Assembly: GCA_042565955.1 (NCBI GenBank) | Contig: JBHORG010000004.1 | Span: forward strand, 31,677-95,676 | Direction: 5' to 3' | DNA: 64,000 nt | From: Thermoproteota archaeon | GTDB taxonomy: Archaea > Thermoproteota > Bathyarchaeia > Bathyarchaeales > Bathyarchaeaceae | Shown here: positions 59,631 through 64,000 of the stretch, piece after piece | How the letters are laid out: the number at the start of each line of letters is the position of its first letter | How positions within the stretch are numbered: the first letter of the stretch is position 1 | Notes under the pieces: generated by a model | What the model saw: only the letters and a program-made list of their open reading frames with translations | What the model was told of the DNA's origin: nothing | Databases searched by the model: none | Position numbers and translations under genes: made by a program

Positions 59631-60914
59631 CTATTCTATGTTGTTCTGGTCCGGAGTTTTGAATTCTGGTACGGTGTTACCTCCATGGGGCATAACATAA
59701 ACTTTAGCATTATTACCTGCCACCTCGAAGGCGTCTCGGAGAGCATCATTAAGAGCGTTTGCTGTTCTCATCTTGAACGTGTTTACTGCGTAGGAATTAG
59801 GCATAACTGAGACCAAGATAATTGTAACTTTCTGTAAAGCTTTGATCAAGTAGTATGCTTTGTGTCCTCCGAGAACGAAGCGTTTTTTTACTTCTTTTTC
59901 TACTCGCCTCAAGTCTGTGAACTTTTCCATCCACTCGTTGAACACCTCATTACCATGACCTTCAGGGCACTCTGCAACAAGAACAATAACTCCTCTTCTT
60001 TTCACGGCTTCTAAAGCATTGTGCAGTCCTTTGGTCGCTTGATAAAGGTTAATGTCATGAGGATGTCCTCCAGAGCTAACAATTACAATGTTTGCTCTCT
60101 GTTCGATATGAATTTTGTACATTTCGTCTACGAGTTTTGTCCCCTCAAGGAAAGCTTGCTCTAGGTCTCCTGCAAAAGCTTGAACGAGCTCTTTTTTACT
60201 ATTTGTTACAATATTCAAGATGAAATCTACTTTGGCGAGCTTAGCGGCTTCCATCATATCTTCATGCACGGGATTTCCGTCCAGAACACCTGTTGTGGCT
60301 TTAGAATGCAAAAGTAATGCATGATTTTGTTGAATGGTTTCTGCGCTTGAAACTGCAGGAAGTACCCCCTTTCTTCCGCCACCATATCCCGCGTAATAAT
60401 GCAGGTTTATGTCTCCCGCTAATATTTTCACATTTGCTTCGGCGAATATCTTGTTCACGCTAACTTTTGTTCCATAAGAAGTTTCTCCAAGAAAAATTTG
60501 ATTTTCTGCCCTGTGGTCATGACTTATTGTTTTCACTCTTTCTATTGCCTCTTTTCCTAGGAGCTCTTCTTTCTCTTCTAGCGTAACGGAGCGATGTGAG
60601 CCGCATCCAAAGATTATTGTAACATCTTCATCTTTTACTCCTGCTTTGTTTAGTTGATCAAGTAATGGAAGAATCATTAAGTAACTTGGAGTTGCCCGGG
60701 TTGCATCATTAACAACTATGGCTACTTTGTCCCCTGCTTTTGCAACTTCGCTCAACCGTTGAGATCCAATCGGTTGACTTAGGGCTCTTTCAATCTCAGC
60801 TTTCGGATCTTTAACTCCCTTCTTTTCTTTGGGCTCTATATAGCCCAAAAAATTTCGTGTGGGTATTCTTGCACAAACTTCAGTTTTCCCGTACGGAATC
60901 CAAGCATCAACCAT
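59631..60914 (-). CDS. larA: Nickel-pincer lactate racemase LarA family (minus strand; ORF track says +)
   Basis: The translation is obtained only from the reverse complement (ATG at 60914, TAG at 59631-59633). D.TR.TP, GSHR, HYYAGYGGGRK, GGHPHDINLYQA.K. Confidence 0.93.
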   Translation of the reverse strand: MVDAWIPYGKTEVCARIPTRNFLGYIEPKEKKGVKDPKAEIERALSQPIGSQRLSEVAKAGDKVAIVVNDATRATPSYLMILPLLDQLNKAGVKDEDVTIIFGCGSHRSVTLEEKEELLGKEAIERVKTISHDHRAENQIFLGETSYGTKVSVNKIFAEANVKILAGDINLHYYAGYGGGRKGVLPAVSSAETIQQNHALLLHSKATTGVLDGNPVHEDMMEAAKLAKVDFILNIVTNSKKELVQAFAGDLEQAFLEGTKLVDEMYKIHIEQRANIVIVSSGGHPHDINLYQATKGLHNALEAVKRRGVIVLVAECPEGHGNEVFNEWMEKFTDLRRVEKEVKKRFVLGGHKAYYLIKALQKVTIILVSVMPNSYAVNTFKMRTANALNDALRDAFEVAGNNAKVYVMPHGGNTVPEFKTPDQNNIE

Positions 60915-61037
60915 AAAAGTCACTTCTGAGTGGCTAGAAGGTTTTCTTTTGTGCTTCTTTTAAAAGTAACGGCTAAACATAACGTAACGTCTTTAAAACT
61001 GTCTAAACATATTCATCAATAGAAAGGAGGTAAGTAC

Positions 61038-61661
61038 TTGGAAAAGGTAGAAATGAAGACTGAACTGGCCAAAATTCTTAGCAGGATTGGGGCTTTGAAA
61101 TTTGGTTCTTTCAAACTCACAAGCGGAGAGATGAGTCCCTACTACTTGGATTTGAGGATTGTTCCAAGCTTCCCTGACGCATTTCGACGAATAATTGATC
61201 TCTACATCGAGCTAATAAGAAACGACATCGGGGTCGACTGTTTTGATCGAATTGCAGGTATTCCTACCGCAGGTATATCTATTGCTTCCATTGTTGCGTA
61301 TCTCCTCAAAAAACCCTTTGTGTACGTTCGCACCGCGGAACGACAGCACGGGAGAGGAAAACGAGTGGAAGGTATTCTGTTGCCTGGGAACCGCGTATTA
61401 TTGATAGATGACCTCATAACTAAAGGAGGATCTATTTTGAAATCCGCTGAAGTAGTTAGAACTGAGGGTGGTGTGGTAACTGACGCCGTTGTTTTGATGG
61501 ACCGCGAAGAGAACGGAAAACAAAAATTGGCCAAAGACGGTATTAACCTTCATTATTTGCTCACAACAACTGAACTAGCACGCAAATTACATAATATGGT
61601 CACAATAACCGACCAGCAACTGGAAACCATAATGAAACGAGCTAAAAAAGAAATGACGTGA
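61038..61661 (+). CDS. pyrE: Orotate phosphoribosyltransferase
   Basis: FGSFKLTSG..SPYYLDLR, VLLIDDLITKGGS. Confidence 0.95.
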   Translation: MEKVEMKTELAKILSRIGALKFGSFKLTSGEMSPYYLDLRIVPSFPDAFRRIIDLYIELIRNDIGVDCFDRIAGIPTAGISIASIVAYLLKKPFVYVRTAERQHGRGKRVEGILLPGNRVLLIDDLITKGGSILKSAEVVRTEGGVVTDAVVLMDREENGKQKLAKDGINLHYLLTTTELARKLHNMVTITDQQLETIMKRAKKEMT

Positions 61662-62023
61662 AAATAATTTTCAGTTTCGTTTTTCTGTTTTGTTGAGTAT
61701 TTGTTCTATTATTGAATATTTATTCTGCTTTTATTGTTCACGAAAAAGGAATATGCTTAATCCTTCGTAATGGCTACACTAGTGGGGCTGTTGAAGATGC
61801 TAAGGCAGTCTTTTGAAAATACCCATTTTTATCATTGTTTAAGACGCAGATACAAACTACCTAACTGATAAGTAAAACTCTTAGAATGGGATTATCTGTA
61901 ATCTACGTCATTTTCACTGTCTAAAATGTGAAAAAAATGATAAAATATATTTCCAATCTTAATCTACTTGTTTAATAATTGAACTATTGTTAAACCAATT
62001 CTCAATGAGTTTCTTTTGTGTTT

Positions 62024-62587
62024 TCAATTCTCGTAGTATATGAGGTCTTCTAGTTCGAGGGTTTCGTGAAGTTTTGTTACTGCTTCGTAAACAGCTTCTT
62101 CCTGTTTTGCGCCTGTGCAAACCAGTTTTCCACTTGCAAAGAGAAGTATTACAACTTTTGGTATATCCATTCTGTAGATTAAACCTGGAAACTGTTCAGG
62201 TTCATACATTGTTCTACCCAGAGAATATGCAGATCGTTCAAGGTCTATCAAGCCACCCAAGTTTGCTGAAGCTACAATGTTCTGAATTTTCATTTCGGGT
62301 TTTCCAATAATAATTATTCCACTCTTCTTTAGTTCCCTGACAACCTTAATTACTGCTCTTTTCGATTCTTTCGCTGATTTTGCTCCGGTGCAAACCATCT
62401 TTCCAGAATTGAATATTAGCGTAGCCGTTTTTGGTCTCTTTAACCTGAAGACCAATCCTGGAAACTGTTCCGGACGATACTCAACTCCGGGATACCCTTT
62501 TACAATAGCGTTTAAGTCAAGCTTTTGATTTATTGATACGGATGTTACAACATTTTCTATGCGAATAGATGCTACAACTTCGGGTAT
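62024..62587 (-). CDS. tbp: TATA-box binding protein, 187 aa from an apparent ATA start
   Basis: Two repeats: IENVV...YRPEQFPGLVFR...IFNSGKMVCTGAK and IQNIV...YEPEQFPGLIYR...LFASGKLVCTGAK. The ORF track truncates the N-terminus. Confidence 0.95.
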   Translation of the reverse strand: MPEVVASIRIENVVTSVSINQKLDLNAIVKGYPGVEYRPEQFPGLVFRLKRPKTATLIFNSGKMVCTGAKSAKESKRAVIKVVRELKKSGIIIIGKPEMKIQNIVASANLGGLIDLERSAYSLGRTMYEPEQFPGLIYRMDIPKVVILLFASGKLVCTGAKQEEAVYEAVTKLHETLELEDLIYYEN

Positions 62588-62646
62588 CTCAAAGCCCTCC
62601 TAAGAAAACACCTTGAATTTGTTGGAGTTATTTATAAAGGATTGCT

Positions 62647-63270
62647 TCAGTTTTCGTTATTTTTCGTTTTCTTTCTAAGCGAGGGAGAAACTTCCATGAT
62701 TACAAGAACCGTTATCCATAACGCAACGAAAGCTATTTTCACCTCAAGGGGCACAAAAAACAGGGCAATGTTGCCTATCCACGGAATTTTAAAATCGAGA
62801 TACTTTCCAACGATAGAGCTCTCATCTACTTCCCACCAGTCCCTTGCGACGTTGTTATCGCCCCAAGTTTTAAAACTGTAAGTTCCATCTCCATTTTCTA
62901 TTTTCTGAACTGCTCTATGCACAATCAGATCGTCTGGATCATTTGGTTCGTGGAAGACGATTATATCTCCAGGATAATCAGAGTCTTTAGTCCCAACCTG
63001 AATTGAAGCAGCGTTCTTCATTCCTTCAATTAGAATAAGATCGCCTTTGTATAGTACCGGTTCCATGCTTTTCGAAGCAACAGCTAGGATCGGATTTCCA
63101 GTTCCATAGATGAAACTTAAGCCATACCAGAAAATTAAGACTGCAAGTATAGCAACAAGTATCATCATCAAAGTCTGTACATAATCACGCTTGAGTATCT
63201 CAGGTAAATTCATTATATGTCTTGGCTCCAGTAAACTTAGAATTTTTTTTAGGTTTCTTCTTCCTTCCAA
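62647..63270 (-). CDS. sec11: Signal peptidase I, Sec11 type
   Basis: VASKSMEP, GDIIVF, IVHR, TWGDNN; start uncertain. Confidence 0.92.
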   Translation of the reverse strand: MEGRRNLKKILSLLEPRHIMNLPEILKRDYVQTLMMILVAILAVLIFWYGLSFIYGTGNPILAVASKSMEPVLYKGDLILIEGMKNAASIQVGTKDSDYPGDIIVFHEPNDPDDLIVHRAVQKIENGDGTYSFKTWGDNNVARDWWEVDESSIVGKYLDFKIPWIGNIALFFVPLEVKIAFVALWITVLVIMEVSPSLRKKTKNNEN

Positions 63271-63421
63271 AACATAAAAACCTAACGCAAAAAAAATAGA
63301 AAAAGAGGGATAATGTGACCTAAGAGTTTACTAAAGTTCAGATTTCCCTACCTTTAGGTAATTGTCAACTGACATTTTTGATTGTACGTGATGAAACATG
63401 GGCCTCGGTTAGGTCCGGATA

Positions 63422-63592
63422 TCAGATCTTTTGTTTGTCTAAGACGACCTTGAATGATTTGCCGCAACTGGGGCAATCGAAAAGTCCTATTTTTAGTTCT
63501 GTTCTCTTTCCTGCTTTATTTGGGCGACCGGCCATCTTCCAGCTTTTTCTGGGATCGGCAACTTCTGCTCCACAGTGTTTACATTTAACCAT
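63422..63592 (-). CDS. Cren7-like small basic chromatin protein with zinc ribbon (56 aa, not in ORF track)
   Basis: MVKCKHCGAEVADPRKSWKMAGRPNKAGKRTELKIGLFDCPSCGKSFKVVLDKQKI; GGAGG upstream. Confidence 0.8.
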   Translation of the reverse strand: MVKCKHCGAEVADPRKSWKMAGRPNKAGKRTELKIGLFDCPSCGKSFKVVLDKQKI

Positions 63593-63775
63593 CCATCTTC
63601 CTCCATAATGTCGTATTCCTATTTTGAGTATGATGAATAAAAGATTTGCCTTCCATTGTAACCTATGATGAATGTGATAACCTACTGAAGTGTAAAATTT
63701 TTAATTTGAAACACCTCCATATGAGTCCAAAATGCTTTTTACAACGCTTTTGCTTTACCTCTAAAGCTTTGGGGC

Positions 63776-64000
63776 ATGTTGACTTTGTCAGAGATATCCA
63801 GAAACGTTTTTGAGGGATTCGTAAAACCTATCCGCAGGTTGGTAGAGGCCAAAGGCTTCAAAAAACCTACTGAAACGCAAGAAAAGGCTATCCCAACGAT
63901 TCTTGAGGGAAAAAATGTTCTACTCATATCTCCTACAGCCACTGGAAAGACCGAATCAGCGGTTCTTCCTGTTCTTGATATGCTTCTTAGAACTCCTGAA
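63776..64000 (+). CDS. lhr: Lhr-like DEAD/DEAH helicase, 5' part only
   Basis: GFKKPTETQEKAIP Q-motif and NVLLISPTATGKTE Walker A; runs off the window end. Confidence 0.85.
   Translation, partial: MLTLSEISRNVFEGFVKPIRRLVEAKGFKKPTETQEKAIPTILEGKNVLLISPTATGKTESAVLPVLDMLLRTPE

Noticed and set aside
59631-60923. ORF track lists the LarA ORF on the + strand
   Set aside because: The listed protein is encoded by the reverse complement (CAC/CAT at 60912-60923, CTA at 59631), so it is annotated here on minus.
63378-63608. 76-aa plus-strand ORF
   Set aside because: Antisense to the Cren7-like gene, which has a clear RBS and motifs.
63665-63710. Possible box C/D sRNA (ATGATGA...CTGA)
   Set aside because: C and D' boxes are present, but the C' and D boxes are poor and the second guide is AT-only in a divergent promoter region.

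Overview
Archaeal chromosomal segment, most likely Bathyarchaeia/TACK (inferred from crenarchaeal-type SSB, Cren7-like and CdvA-like genes occurring together with SMC-ScpAB and form III RuBisCO). It is mostly housekeeping: smc-scpA-scpB, tusA-iscS-iscU, nth, initiator tRNA-Met, SRP RNA, EF-1beta-cdc48-fen, pcm, ogg, rtcB, ssb, proBA, slyD, AMP phosphorylase/rbcL, engB, purC, larA, pyrE, tbp, sec11 and lhr. Accessory and decaying genes are interspersed. Top finding: the protein-repair gene pcm is split by a 31-nt insertion that folds into a canonical bulge-helix-bulge splice motif. Removing it at the canonical cut sites rebuilds the conserved SAPHM motif and a 224-aa ORF, so it is an apparent mRNA intron, and it lies about 1.7 kb from rtcB. 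Other highlights are a degenerate TyrRS/TrpRS-like protein fused to a winged HTH with paired operators, a TBP gene that seems to start at AUA, an IscS with Asp in place of the PLP lysine, and a five-site palindromic regulon over a putative copper/redox island. All protein calls come from motif recognition by eye, with no database searches. The supplied ORF track mislabels the strand of larA, which is on minus.
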